Assembly (NCBI GenBank): GCA_016182295.1 | Contig: JACOXP010000008.1 | Coordinates: forward strand, 1 to 47,663 | From: Candidatus Harrisonbacteria bacterium | GTDB lineage: Bacteria; Patescibacteriota; Minisyncoccia; UBA6257; WO2-44-18 | DNA: 47,663 bases | Reading direction: 5' to 3' | In this document: piece after piece, positions 7,779 through 17,528 of the stretch | Numbering within the stretch: position 1 is the stretch's first letter | Layout: each line of letters begins with the position of its first letter | The notes under the pieces: generated by a model | Told to the model about the DNA's origin: nothing | The model's input: the letters and a program-made list of their open reading frames with translations, nothing else | Databases searched by the model: none | Position numbers and translations under genes: made by a program

Positions 7779-8510
7779 ATGTCTAAGTTGATAATCGCCA
7801 ACTGGAAAATGAACCCGCGGACGCTTACTGAAGCGAGAGAGCTTGCCAAAGCGAGCGATATTGAAGGTTTAATAATCTGCCCGCCATTTCCTTTTTTGGA
7901 AGAGGTGGGCGCTACTATTAGGAAGGCGAAACTGGGAGCGCAGGACCTTTTTTGGGGGGAGGGGGGCGCTTATACCGGAGAAGTTTCGGCAGACGAACTT
8001 AAAGATATCGGCGTGGAATATGTAATAATCGGACATTCTGAACGTCGTCAAAATTTGGGGGAGACCGATGAAATGGTCGCTAAAAAAATCGCCGCCGCTC
8101 TCAAAGCCGGATTAAAACCGATTTTGTGCGTCGGGGAAACTCGCGCTGAACGAGATGCCGGAAAAACCGGATCAGTAGTGCAGCGGGAATTGGAAACGGG
8201 ACTTTTTTTGACCAAAAATCAGAAGTCGTCAATCGTTGTCGCCTATGAACCAATTTGGGCGATTGGCACCGGTACGCCGGATACCCCCGAAAGCATGCTG
8301 GAAATGGTAGAATTTATAAAGAACGTATTGAACCCTCAATCCCGCGCTTTAACCTTCAGCGTTATTTATGGAGGGTCTGTCACAAGCAAAAACGCGGAAA
8401 GTTTTTTCAGACATAAAGAAATCAACGGCGCGCTGGTCGGCGGCGCCAGTTTAAAAGGAGAAGAAATTAAAAAAATAGTCGAAATAGGAAAAAAATATGA
8501 GTCCCGTTAG
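7779..8510 (+). CDS. tpiA: Triosephosphate isomerase
   Basis: 243 aa. IIANWKMN, IIGHSERR, YEPIWAIGTG, YGGSV. Confidence 0.95.
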   Translation: MSKLIIANWKMNPRTLTEARELAKASDIEGLIICPPFPFLEEVGATIRKAKLGAQDLFWGEGGAYTGEVSADELKDIGVEYVIIGHSERRQNLGETDEMVAKKIAAALKAGLKPILCVGETRAERDAGKTGSVVQRELETGLFLTKNQKSSIVVAYEPIWAIGTGTPDTPESMLEMVEFIKNVLNPQSRALTFSVIYGGSVTSKNAESFFRHKEINGALVGGASLKGEEIKKIVEIGKKYESR

Positions 8511-8617
8511 AACCAACTAAGCTATGAAAATCATAATTAACAAAGTAAAAAGGTCAGATATCAATAAACGCCAGTCGGCCGAGTCACGGTCGCCTTTGGC
8601 GACCTGGTTCTAACGGG

Positions 8618-9382
8618 ATGAGTAAACAAGAATTGGCAAAAAATTGGTTTTGGGTTTTACTGGATATCGCTTTGGTAATCGTGATTGTTTTAGGCGTTGC
8701 GTCCATAAAATCTCTTTGGAAATACGGCCAGTCCGTTTTTCCGGCTCGCACGATTAACGTGAGCGCGGAAGGAAAAGTCGTGGTGGCGCCGGATATCGCG
8801 ACCTTGTCATTTTCCGTTGTTACCGAAGGAGCCGATCCAAGCGTGATTCAAGAGAAGAATACCGAAAAAATTAACAAAGTTATCGAGTTTATAAAAGCCG
8901 AGGGAATTGAATCAAAAGATATAAAAACCAGCGGCTACAACCTTAATCCCGTATATGAATATGACCGATCCAAGCAAAGAAGCGAGATCGTCCGTTATTC
9001 TTTGACCCAAACGGTTATTGTAAAAATTCGCGACTTTGACAAAGTCGGCCCGATAATCGCCGGTCTTACTCCTCGGGGCGTTAATCGAATCAGCGGATTG
9101 AGTTTTGATATTGAAGATCCTGATAAATTCCTGAATGAAGCCCGCAAAGAAGCGTTTGAAAAAGCCCGCGCCAAAGCGGAAACGATGGCGGCGGCGGTGG
9201 GAGTAAGAGTTAAAAGAGTTATAACCTTTAACGAATATGGTGGCGGTTATCCGATTCCTGTTTATGAACGCGCTGTCGCGTTGGGAGTGGGAGGCGATGT
9301 AGCGGCCCCAACACCTCCGACAATCGAGCCGGGAAGCCAAGAAGTGACTGTGCAAGTTAACGTAGTTTACGAAATTTACTAG
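8618..9382 (+). CDS. SIMPL/BP26-family (DUF541) protein with N-terminal membrane anchor
   Basis: 254 aa. TM helix, then VVAPDIATLSFSVVTEG...TSGYNLNPVY...YSLTQTVIVKIRD...IEPGSQEVTVQVNVVYEI, typical of SIMPL proteins. Confidence 0.75.
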   Translation: MSKQELAKNWFWVLLDIALVIVIVLGVASIKSLWKYGQSVFPARTINVSAEGKVVVAPDIATLSFSVVTEGADPSVIQEKNTEKINKVIEFIKAEGIESKDIKTSGYNLNPVYEYDRSKQRSEIVRYSLTQTVIVKIRDFDKVGPIIAGLTPRGVNRISGLSFDIEDPDKFLNEARKEAFEKARAKAETMAAAVGVRVKRVITFNEYGGGYPIPVYERAVALGVGGDVAAPTPPTIEPGSQEVTVQVNVVYEIY

Positions 9383-9383
9383 A

Positions 9384-9974
9384 GTGCAGGAAACTCAGCG
9401 TCCAACGAATCGCCGCCATCTTCGCGAAATAAAACATCATCTTATTCGCAATTTTATTGTTTTTGCGGCGAGCGTGGTTTTGGCGGTGGTTTTTGTGCGA
9501 TCGGGATTGGTTGAAGATCTGCTGATTTACATTCATGACTTTTATATCCTCGGCGCGCTTGTTGCGGGGTTTTTCTTGGCGTTTGTTTTGACTGTCGGTC
9601 CGGCGGCGGCGACTCTCATTGGAATTGGCGAAAATGTTCCAGTGGTGCTAATCGCGTTAATCGGCGCTTTGGGTTCGGTGGTGGCCAACCTCGCGCTTTT
9701 TCAGTTCGTTAAAAAAGAAATTTCCGACGATTTCATAGCTTACTTTGAAAGTACAAGAATGAAACCGCTCGCGGAATTTTTAAAACTCCAAGCTGTTCGG
9801 TGGATTTTACCAATTATCGGAGCGATTATTGTTGCCTCGCCCCTTCCGGACGAAATAGGTCTGGCTATGATCGGAGTATCGAAAATTAAAACTATAATTT
9901 TCGTGCCGGTGATGTATCTGCTTCATTTTTTCGGAATTTTGGTGATAGTTTCCGCCGGACGGGCCATATTTTAG
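9384..9974 (+). CDS. Integral membrane protein, function unknown
   Basis: 196 aa with a GTG start 2 nt after the previous stop and about 5 hydrophobic helices. I recognise no motif. Confidence 0.55.
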   Translation: MQETQRPTNRRHLREIKHHLIRNFIVFAASVVLAVVFVRSGLVEDLLIYIHDFYILGALVAGFFLAFVLTVGPAAATLIGIGENVPVVLIALIGALGSVVANLALFQFVKKEISDDFIAYFESTRMKPLAEFLKLQAVRWILPIIGAIIVASPLPDEIGLAMIGVSKIKTIIFVPVMYLLHFFGILVIVSAGRAIF

Positions 9975-10080
9975 GTTGTGGAAAACATAAGTTGCGCAGT
10001 CCAGGCATATGCTATACTGGAGAATACACGTTGAAATCAGCCAGCCGATAAATAATTTTCGGCGGCGATTCTAATCAAAA

Positions 10081-10108
10081 AGAGCGTTGTGAGGACGCTC
10101 TTTTTGAT
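10081..10108 (+). terminator. Rho-independent terminator upstream of rmuC
   Basis: AGAGCGT-TGTGAGG-ACGCTCT hairpin followed by TTTTTGATTT. Confidence 0.6.
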
Positions 10109-10121
10109 TTATAGTGAGGTT

Positions 10122-11153
10122 ATGGAATTGCTTCTCGGAATAATTTTAGCGGTTGTTGTCGCGGGGTTCGCGATTTTAATTTTACGAAAACCGAAGGAAA
10201 AATCCCCGGACCAATCTTTGCTGATGCTGCAAAATCAAGTAAACGAAATTTCGCGGGTGCTCGATTCCAAACTTGGCGAGTCGGCAAAAGTGATGCAGCA
10301 GCAATTTGGCCAGAGCGCTCGGATCATTCGTGATGTTACGGAAAAACTGACCCGTCTTGATGAAACCAATAAGCAAGTAGTGGGTTTTGCCGACCAACTG
10401 AAAAGTCTGCAGGATATTTTAAAAAATCCCAAACAACGCGGCATTCTCGGCGAGTATTATCTCGAAACAGTTTTGAAAAATGTTTTGCCACCCGGCGCTT
10501 ATCAGATGCAGTATTCTTTCAAAGACGGCGTAATCGTGGACGCGGCGGTTTTTGTCGGCAAGCAGGTGATTCCGGTGGATTCCAAATTCAGTTTAGAAAA
10601 TTACAATCGTTTTCTGGAAGCTCGAGACGACGAAGGCCGAAGAAAACATGAAGTGGCTTTTGTTAACGATCTTAAAAATCGCATTGAGGAGACCTCAAAA
10701 TATGTAAAACCGCAGGAAAATACTACCGATTTCGCTTTTATGTTCATCCCGTCCGAGGCAGTTTATTACGATCTTTTGATCAACAAGGTGGGATCGCTAG
10801 CCGAAGATCGCAATCTGCTGGCGCACGCGGCGCAAAAGAAAGTGGTGGTGGTTTCGCCAACCTCATTTCTAGCTTACCTCCAGACGGTTTTGCAGGGTCT
10901 TCGCAACCAGAAAATTTCTGAACAAGCCCAAGATATTGTCAAACAAGTGGATAATCTGGGCCGCCACCTCATTAAATATGACGATTATATGCAGAGACTT
11001 GGCAAAAATCTCGGCACCAGCGTCAGTATGTATAACAGCGCCTATAAAGAGTTCGCCAAAATTGACAAAGATGTGCTGAAGATCACCGGCGAAGCCATGG
11101 AAATAGAGCCGCAATTGATCGAAAAACCCGCGGAAGTCGAGGAACTTAACTAA
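10122..11153 (+). CDS. rmuC: DNA recombination protein RmuC
   Basis: N-terminal TM segment, coiled-coil region, and a C-terminal nuclease-like core (FAFMFIPSEAVYYDLL, VVVVSPTSFLAYLQ). I moved the start to ATG 10122, which has GAGG 4 nt upstream, because the track's GTG 10089 lies inside the terminator loop. Confidence 0.85.
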   Translation: MELLLGIILAVVVAGFAILILRKPKEKSPDQSLLMLQNQVNEISRVLDSKLGESAKVMQQQFGQSARIIRDVTEKLTRLDETNKQVVGFADQLKSLQDILKNPKQRGILGEYYLETVLKNVLPPGAYQMQYSFKDGVIVDAAVFVGKQVIPVDSKFSLENYNRFLEARDDEGRRKHEVAFVNDLKNRIEETSKYVKPQENTTDFAFMFIPSEAVYYDLLINKVGSLAEDRNLLAHAAQKKVVVVSPTSFLAYLQTVLQGLRNQKISEQAQDIVKQVDNLGRHLIKYDDYMQRLGKNLGTSVSMYNSAYKEFAKIDKDVLKITGEAMEIEPQLIEKPAEVEELN

Positions 11154-11161
11154 TTGATTTC

Positions 11162-11836
11162 GTGCGCGACCAGCAAGTTTTACACGATAAAAAATGGATA
11201 AAATTTTTAAAGCGAACTTGGCTTTTTAAATTCGCGCCGTTTGTTGAATTTGCCCTTGCCGCCGGTTCGATGGCGATGGGTAACGTGCGACCGGAGTCGG
11301 ATTTCGACGTGATAATCGGCGCCCGATCCGGCAGAATTTTTACCGCCAGATTTTTCGCGGTAATCGCTTTCGGCGCGTTTGGCTGGCGGCGAAAAAAAAT
11401 TGACCATCGGGAAGCGGCCGCCGACAAAATTTGCCTCAATCATTTTGTAACACCGGCAAGCTATCGACTTTCGCCGCCCCACAACGCCTATTGGCGGAAA
11501 CTTTATCAAAATTTAGTGCCGCTTTTCGGATCGGATAAAAAAGTAAATGATTTTTTCGCGGCGAATTCCGACTGGCTTGGCAAGGAGATTGCTTACGTTG
11601 ACGATCTTCGACATTATCATCGCCGCAAGTCCTGGCCAGTTCGATTTGTTGAATGGACACTGAGCGGCTGGGCCGGAGATTTTTTAGAAAAGCGACTTCG
11701 CAAAATCCAAATTTCTCGAATCGAAAACGGTATTCAAAAAGAGCTTGGACACAACCCGAGGATTATTTACACCGACCAAGAACTAGAATTTCATCCGGAC
11801 ACAGCCAGAATTGAATTGTTGGAAAGAAGTATGTAG
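11162..11836 (+). CDS. Pol-beta-superfamily nucleotidyltransferase-domain protein, function unknown
   Basis: 224 aa with a GTG start. GSMAMGNVRPESDFDVII fits the G[SG]-x(9-13)-D-x-D nucleotidyltransferase motif. Confidence 0.55.
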   Translation: MRDQQVLHDKKWIKFLKRTWLFKFAPFVEFALAAGSMAMGNVRPESDFDVIIGARSGRIFTARFFAVIAFGAFGWRRKKIDHREAAADKICLNHFVTPASYRLSPPHNAYWRKLYQNLVPLFGSDKKVNDFFAANSDWLGKEIAYVDDLRHYHRRKSWPVRFVEWTLSGWAGDFLEKRLRKIQISRIENGIQKELGHNPRIIYTDQELEFHPDTARIELLERSM

Positions 11837-11880
11837 AATAAGACAAGGTTCTTTTAAACAAAATTTTTCAGGGAGAATGG

Positions 11881-12348
11881 ATGGCAAAATCCAGAATCGA
11901 TCCCCACGAAGAAACGGTTGTTAATGCGCTTACGTACGCTTTTTCCAAAGATGTTCCAAATCATTTCCGAGTGAAGCTTGGAGAGAAATTTTTTCATACA
12001 GTGCCTGGCGGAAAAGTAAATTTAGATTTAGACCCCAAGGGCGTAGATGTATTGATTATATTAAAAAGTGGTTTGGCTATACCATTTCAGATAAAAGCCG
12101 GCAAGCAAACGCTTGGACTTGCCTTACCGATTCCCGAAGTTCAACCAGATCGTATAGAGGGTCGTTTTTATAGATCAATGCGACACAAAGTCAACCGCCA
12201 TCTCAAACTTCATCCAGAAGTGAAAGCGATTTTATTCGTTAAAGACGGCGCTGCCTACCAAGATATTATTCGTGAAATAAACATAGTCATAGAAATTCTT
12301 ATCCGACATCTAATTTGCGATTTTAAAAAACTTTGTGCCGATCTATGA
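11881..12348 (+). CDS. Hypothetical protein (possible PD-(D/E)xK-like core, weak)
   Basis: 155 aa. GGAGAA lies 5 nt upstream of the ATG. GVDVLIIL...PFQIKAG loosely resembles a D...(E/Q)xK nuclease core. The stop is embedded in the hairpin GTGCCGATC-TATGA-GATCGGCAC (12335-12357). Confidence 0.45.
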   Translation: MAKSRIDPHEETVVNALTYAFSKDVPNHFRVKLGEKFFHTVPGGKVNLDLDPKGVDVLIILKSGLAIPFQIKAGKQTLGLALPIPEVQPDRIEGRFYRSMRHKVNRHLKLHPEVKAILFVKDGAAYQDIIREINIVIEILIRHLICDFKKLCADL

Positions 12349-12666
12349 GATCGGCACTTGACTTTCTGTACAATACTTTGATACAGTAAAAACGTACTGA
12401 AATGGTCGCCTGAGGGCGGCCGTTTCTTTTAAAGGGCTTTCTACAAATTTTGGAGCCAAAAAGGCGAACAAAATTTGTCCAGAAAACCTTTACCCCGCAC
12501 CATTTCCTACTATGTTTGATCTACTAACTATATTTTTACGGATAGCACCGCCTAGCGGCTCTGCTTTCCTTTACCCCGTGTCTCCAAGTAAATGGTGCGG
12601 GGTGCTCAATTTTGTAGCTAAATTTTCTTCGCTGCGAATGAGCTCGAAAATTGAGATAAAATTGGC

Positions 12667-13869
12667 ATGTTCGACCTAAAAACACTAAAACGGGCAATTG
12701 ATCAAATTGCCGAAGAAAAAGGAATAGAAGCAGGCAAGATTTTAGAGGCCATCGAGTCGTCTATCGCCGCCGCTTATAAAAGAGAGTATTGCCAGAAAGG
12801 CGAGGTTGTGCGCGCCAAAATGGACATTAAAACCGGCGCTTTAAAATTCTGGAAAGTAAAAACCGTGGTTGATGAAACAACGGTGCGTTTTATTGAGGAG
12901 GGGGAACTCTCTGCCGCTGAAGCTACGGATAGCAGAGGAGGGGAAGCCACCGGCGAAGAGAAATTGCCGCGCTATAATCCGGAGCGTCATCTTACTCTTG
13001 AAGAGGCCAAAAAAGAAAAATCGGGAGCGGTGGTTGGCGAAGAAATAGAATTTCCGCTTGAGGTTAAGGAAGATTTTGGCCGCATCGCCGCTCAGACGGC
13101 TAAACAGGTTATTTTGCAACGTTTGCGCGAGGCCGAGCGCGATTCCGTCCTCAATGAATTTAAAAGCAAGGAGGGCGAGATTGTTAGCGGTATTATCCAG
13201 CGCTTTGAGCGAGGCAATGTTTTTATTGACCTTGGCCGCGCTACCGGAGTGATGTTTCAAAATGAGTCCATCCCAACCGAGCATTATCGAGCGGGCGAAC
13301 GGATGCGCTTTTATGTTTTGGCTGTCCAATCCGATACTCGAATGCCGGGAATAATTTTATCCCGCTCCCACCCGAGATTTGTTAGCAGGCTTTTTTCAAT
13401 TGAGGTGCCGGAAATCGCCGACGGCGTAATTGAAATCAAGGGTATCGCTCGCGAAGCGGGAAGCCGTACTAAAATCGCGGTTGTTTCCAATACCGATGGC
13501 GTGGATCCGGTTGGGTCTTGCGTTGGTCAGAGAGGCACGCGGGTAATGGCGGTTTCCAATGAACTTGGCCAAGAAAAACTGGATATTGTAGAATGGTCTG
13601 AAGATCCGTCAAAGTTTATTTCCAAAGCTATTTCTCCGGCTAAAGTTACCAGCGTTGAGATTTTGCCCCGACGCGAAGCGAGAATTTTCGTGCCGGACGA
13701 TCAGTTGAGTTTGGCAATTGGCAAAGGTGGTCAAAATGTTCGTCTCGCCGCTAAACTTACAGGTTGGAAAATAGACGTTCGCTCGGAAGCCAAACCGGAA
13801 GAATCCCAAGAAGGCGGCGTTGCCGCGGCGGTTCCACCGGAAGAATTGCCGACGAAGTCCGAAGAATAA
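12667..13869 (+). CDS. nusA: Transcription termination/antitermination factor NusA
   Basis: 400 aa. N-terminal domain, then S1 ([21 protein letters not shown]), then two KH domains ([13 protein letters not shown]; [23 protein letters not shown]). Confidence 0.95.
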   Translation: MFDLKTLKRAIDQIAEEKGIEAGKILEAIESSIAAAYKREYCQKGEVVRAKMDIKTGALKFWKVKTVVDETTVRFIEEGELSAAEATDSRGGEATGEEKLPRYNPERHLTLEEAKKEKSGAVVGEEIEFPLEVKEDFGRIAAQTAKQVILQRLREAERDSVLNEFKSKEGEIVSGIIQRFERGNVFIDLGRATGVMFQNESIPTEHYRAGERMRFYVLAVQSDTRMPGIILSRSHPRFVSRLFSIEVPEIADGVIEIKGIAREAGSRTKIAVVSNTDGVDPVGSCVGQRGTRVMAVSNELGQEKLDIVEWSEDPSKFISKAISPAKVTSVEILPRREARIFVPDDQLSLAIGKGGQNVRLAAKLTGWKIDVRSEAKPEESQEGGVAAAVPPEELPTKSEE

Positions 13870-13870
13870 A

Positions 13871-15835
13871 ATGCTTTACTATTTAATCTTCATTCCAATC
13901 GCCATCGCTATTTTATATAGCGGTTATATCATTTCTTGGCTTAAGGGGCGTTCGGCTGGCAATGAAAAGATGCGGGAAATTTCCCGCGCTATTCAGGAAG
14001 GATCGTCCGCTTATTTGAATCGTCAGTATAAAACGGTGGCTTTAGTTGCTATTCCGCTTTTCATTTTAATCAACTTTGGCTTGGGCACTTTGGCGGCCGT
14101 TGGATTTTTAGTAGGAGCTGTCGCTTCGGCGCTTGCCGGTTACATCGGCATGACTATCGCGGTCCGTTCCAACTCCAAAACCACCGAGGCCGCCAGTAAG
14201 GGATTGGCGCCGGCTTTGGCGCTGGCTTTCAAAGCGGGTTCAGTAACCGGCTATTTAGTCGTTGCTCTTGGACTTCTTGCCGTCGCCGGATTTTATTTTT
14301 TAACTAATGACCCCAAAGCTCTAATCGGGCTCGGTTTCGGCGCCAGCTTGATTTCTGTTTTTGCTCGCCTTGGCGGAGGCATTTTTACCAAAGCGGCAGA
14401 TGTTGGCACTGACTTGGTTGGAAAGGTGGAGGCCGGAATTCCGGAAGATGATCCGAGAAATCCGGGAGTTATTGCCGACAATGTCGGCGATAACGTCGGC
14501 GATTGCGCCGGTATGGCCGCCGATCTTTTTGAAACCTACGCCGTAACTTTGACCGCCGCGATGCTTTTAGGCATCGGTATCGGACTTGCCGGCGGCGCTT
14601 TGGCCTTCCCCTTGGTGCTTGGCGGTCTTGCCATAATCGCTTCTATTGTTGGTGGATTTTTTGCGAAGCTTGGAAAAAATCAGTCCATCATGGGCGCTCT
14701 TTATAAAGCGCTCGCCGTTTCACTTATTGTTTCCGTTGGATTATTTTATTGGGCTTCTTCCGTTTTTTTTCCGGAAAACGCCCTGAATATATTTATGGCT
14801 TCGGTTGTCGGATTGGCCGTTACGGTTTTGATGGTTTTGGCGACCGATTATTACACAGCCAAAAAATATCGGCCGGTGCAAAAAATTGTTGAAGCGTCTA
14901 AATCCGGCCACGGCACCAATATTATTATGGGGATTGCCGTCGGAATGGAATCCACTCTTTTGCCGATTTTGATAATCGTTGCCGGAATTTTAGCCGCGTT
15001 TTCCTTTGCCGGCCTTTACGGCATTGCCATTGCCGCGACCGCGATGCTTTCGGTGGCGGGAATTGTTGTTGCCATTGATTCTTTTGGCCCGATTACCGAC
15101 AATGCCGGCGGAATCGCCGAAATGTCCGGCGCTCCGGAAGATGTCCGTAAGGTTACCGACGCTTTGGATGCTGTCGGCAATACCACTAAAGCGGTTACTA
15201 AAGGCTACGCGATCGCTTCGGCTGGACTCGCGGCTTTAGTTTTATTCGCCGGATATGTCGAGGAGCTGGGAGCGTTTATTGAAAACGTTGTTTTTGATTT
15301 GCAAAATCCGAGCGTGATTGTCGGGCTCTTCTTGGGAGCCGCAATCCCGTTTCTTTTTGGTTCAATCGCCATGCGTTCAGTCGGAGAAGCGGCCGGCGCG
15401 GTAGTTGAAGAAATTCGCCGGCAGTTTAGAGAAATTCCTGGTCTGATGGAAGGCAAAGCCAAGCCGGATTACGGCCGCGCCGTTGATATCGTCACTCAAG
15501 CGGCGCTCAAAAAGATGGTTGTGCCTGCGATTTTGCCGGTAGCGGCGGTTTTATTGGTTGGAATCTTTCTTGGAGCTCAAGCTCTCGGCGGCTTCTTGAT
15601 GGGCGCGATTGTTTCCGGTCTTTTCGTGGCGCTTTCAATGACTTCCGGAGGCGCCGCTTGGGACAATGCCAAAAAATCCATTGAAGCCGCTGGACAAAAA
15701 GGCACCGACTGGCACAAGGCGGCTGTCACCGGCGACACGGTTGGCGATCCATATAAAGATACGGCGGGTCCGGCCATTAACCCCCTCATCAAAGTAATTA
15801 ATATCGTGGCCCTTTTGATAGTACCGTTTCTATAA
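13871..15835 (+). CDS. hppA: Membrane-bound proton-translocating pyrophosphatase, K+-independent type
   Basis: 654 aa from ATG 13871; the track ORF starts earlier, inside nus[63 protein letters not shown] carries the Lys that I recall marks K+-independent enzymes. Confidence 0.9.
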   Translation: MLYYLIFIPIAIAILYSGYIISWLKGRSAGNEKMREISRAIQEGSSAYLNRQYKTVALVAIPLFILINFGLGTLAAVGFLVGAVASALAGYIGMTIAVRSNSKTTEAASKGLAPALALAFKAGSVTGYLVVALGLLAVAGFYFLTNDPKALIGLGFGASLISVFARLGGGIFTKAADVGTDLVGKVEAGIPEDDPRNPGVIADNVGDNVGDCAGMAADLFETYAVTLTAAMLLGIGIGLAGGALAFPLVLGGLAIIASIVGGFFAKLGKNQSIMGALYKALAVSLIVSVGLFYWASSVFFPENALNIFMASVVGLAVTVLMVLATDYYTAKKYRPVQKIVEASKSGHGTNIIMGIAVGMESTLLPILIIVAGILAAFSFAGLYGIAIAATAMLSVAGIVVAIDSFGPITDNAGGIAEMSGAPEDVRKVTDALDAVGNTTKAVTKGYAIASAGLAALVLFAGYVEELGAFIENVVFDLQNPSVIVGLFLGAAIPFLFGSIAMRSVGEAAGAVVEEIRRQFREIPGLMEGKAKPDYGRAVDIVTQAALKKMVVPAILPVAAVLLVGIFLGAQALGGFLMGAIVSGLFVALSMTSGGAAWDNAKKSIEAAGQKGTDWHKAAVTGDTVGDPYKDTAGPAINPLIKVINIVALLIVPFL

Positions 15836-15838
15836 AAA

Positions 15839-16750
15839 ATGAAATCCTCTTTTAAGAAGTTGCCGGGTTCAAAGATTGAGCTCGAGGTCAGTTTAGATAA
15901 AAAAGAATTCCTGCCTTATTACCAGGCCGTTTATGAACGGACGGTTTCGGAAATTGAAATAAAAGGCTTTCGCAAAGGCGCCGTTCCCAAAGAAATGGCC
16001 GATCGTTTTATAGACAAAGACGAAGTTTTCAATGAGGCGGCTCGAGAAGCGGTGCGCTGGAGTTTGGACGAAATTTCCAAAGATAATGACTGGACGATTA
16101 TCGATCAGCCAAAAATTGAAATTAAGGATTCCGAAGATCTTGGAATTCAATACAAAGCCGAGCTGACCGTTTTTCCGGAAGTGAAACTTGGCAACTACAA
16201 AAAAATCGCCCATCAAGTGATGAAAGGAAAAAAAGAGCAGGTCGTGGAGCAAAAAGAAATTGATCAAACTCTTGAATTCGTCCGCAATTCTCGTAAGACA
16301 GGAGACCAACTTCCTGAATTAAACGACGAATTTGCAAAAAGTTTGGGGAAATTTGAAAATCTTGATCAGCTTAAAAAAAGCGTTGCCGATGGATTGAAGA
16401 TGGAAAGGGATTTGAAGGAGCAGGATCGGCTGCGCATCAAGATGCTCGAAGAAATTGCCAAAGATTCCAAAATTGATATGCCGGAAATTATGGTTGAAAA
16501 AACCGCCGAGAATATTCAACAGCGCGTCGGTCCGATGCTTAAAGCTAACGGAAAATCCGAAGAAGAAATTAAAAAAGAGGTGCGTCGGAGGGCGGAGGAA
16601 AACGTTGCCCAGAATCTGGTGTTATATAAGATAGCCCAGGCGGAGAAGTTAGAACCGAAACCGGAGGAAGTTGACGAAAAAGGAAATTATCAGCATAATT
16701 ACGATGTAATTCAGACGCAAAGGGTATTTGCGTTTCTGGAGCGCCAATAA
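15839..16750 (+). CDS. tig: Trigger factor, short form lacking the FKBP/PPIase domain
   Basis: 303 aa. N-terminal ribosome-binding domain with GFRKGAVP. The C-terminal arm motif [13 protein letters not shown] follows almost directly after the linker. Sits in the conserved tig-clpP arrangement. Confidence 0.8.
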   Translation: MKSSFKKLPGSKIELEVSLDKKEFLPYYQAVYERTVSEIEIKGFRKGAVPKEMADRFIDKDEVFNEAAREAVRWSLDEISKDNDWTIIDQPKIEIKDSEDLGIQYKAELTVFPEVKLGNYKKIAHQVMKGKKEQVVEQKEIDQTLEFVRNSRKTGDQLPELNDEFAKSLGKFENLDQLKKSVADGLKMERDLKEQDRLRIKMLEEIAKDSKIDMPEIMVEKTAENIQQRVGPMLKANGKSEEEIKKEVRRRAEENVAQNLVLYKIAQAEKLEPKPEEVDEKGNYQHNYDVIQTQRVFAFLERQ

Positions 16751-16761
16751 ACGATCTAACT

Positions 16762-17367
16762 ATGACAAACAAACAAATTACAAACGACTACTTAGTACCG
16801 ACAGTTATTGAGCGGGTTCCCGGAGGGGAGCGCGCTTACGACATTTACTCCCGACTGCTTAAGGAGCGGATCATTTTTTTGGGCGGTCCGGTGACCGACG
16901 CGATGGCCAATTTGGTAATTGCCCAACTTTTGTTTTTGGAACACGAAGATCCGAAAAAAGATATTAAATTATACATCAACAGCCCGGGCGGATCGGTGAC
17001 CGCCGGAATGGCAATTTACGACGCTATGCAATATGTGAAGCCGGATGTGGCGACGGTTTGCGTTGGCATGGCCGCTTCCATGGCGGCGGTGCTTTTGGCC
17101 GCCGGAAAAAAGGGGAAACGATTCGCTTTGCCGAATTCAGAAGTGCTTTTACACCAAGTGATGGGCGGCGCCGAAGGGCAAGCGGTGGAAATTGAGATTA
17201 CCGCCAAACACATCATCAAAATCAAAGATCGCCTCAGCCAGATTTTAGCGAAGAACACCGGCCAACAATTATCTAAAATCGAGAAAGACACCGATCGCGA
17301 TTTCTATATGAGCGCCGATGAAGCGAAAGATTACGGCATTGTTGACGAAATAATCAAGAAGCGATAA
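16762..17367 (+). CDS. clpP: ATP-dependent Clp protease proteolytic subunit
   Basis: 201 aa. [50 protein letters not shown]. Confidence 0.95.
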   Translation: MTNKQITNDYLVPTVIERVPGGERAYDIYSRLLKERIIFLGGPVTDAMANLVIAQLLFLEHEDPKKDIKLYINSPGGSVTAGMAIYDAMQYVKPDVATVCVGMAASMAAVLLAAGKKGKRFALPNSEVLLHQVMGGAEGQAVEIEITAKHIIKIKDRLSQILAKNTGQQLSKIEKDTDRDFYMSADEAKDYGIVDEIIKKR

Positions 17368-17381
17368 TTTGAATCCCGTCA

Positions 17382-17412
17382 CCCCTCCGATGTCCATCGG
17401 AGGGGATTTTTA
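17382..17412 (+). terminator. Rho-independent terminator after clpP
   Basis: CCCCTCCGATG-TCC-ATCGGAGGGG followed by ATTTTTATT. Confidence 0.75.
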
Positions 17413-17528
17413 TTGATAAATTTTATTTCGAGGCCCAGCCCCGATAGCATGCTTTCGTTCTCTATTGAAAAATTTGAAGATATGTTGTAGAATGTTTCCG
17501 GAACCTTGATTTCTTAGGGAGGTTGCGA

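Noticed and set aside
7954-7966. G6-A-G6 tract in tpiA as a phase-variation or G-quadruplex signal
   Set aside because: It encodes the conserved W-G-E-G-G segment in frame within an essential glycolytic gene. There is no evidence of slippage and it is too short for a stable quadruplex.
11162-12348. Nucleotidyltransferase (224 aa) plus downstream 155-aa ORF as an MNT/HEPN-type toxin-antitoxin pair
   Set aside because: The second protein does contain R-x5-H (RHKVNRH). However, it looks beta-rich rather than all-helical, the nucleotidyltransferase is about twice the size of minimal MNT antitoxins, and the genes are separated by 44 nt with separate ribosome-binding sites. The evidence is insufficient.
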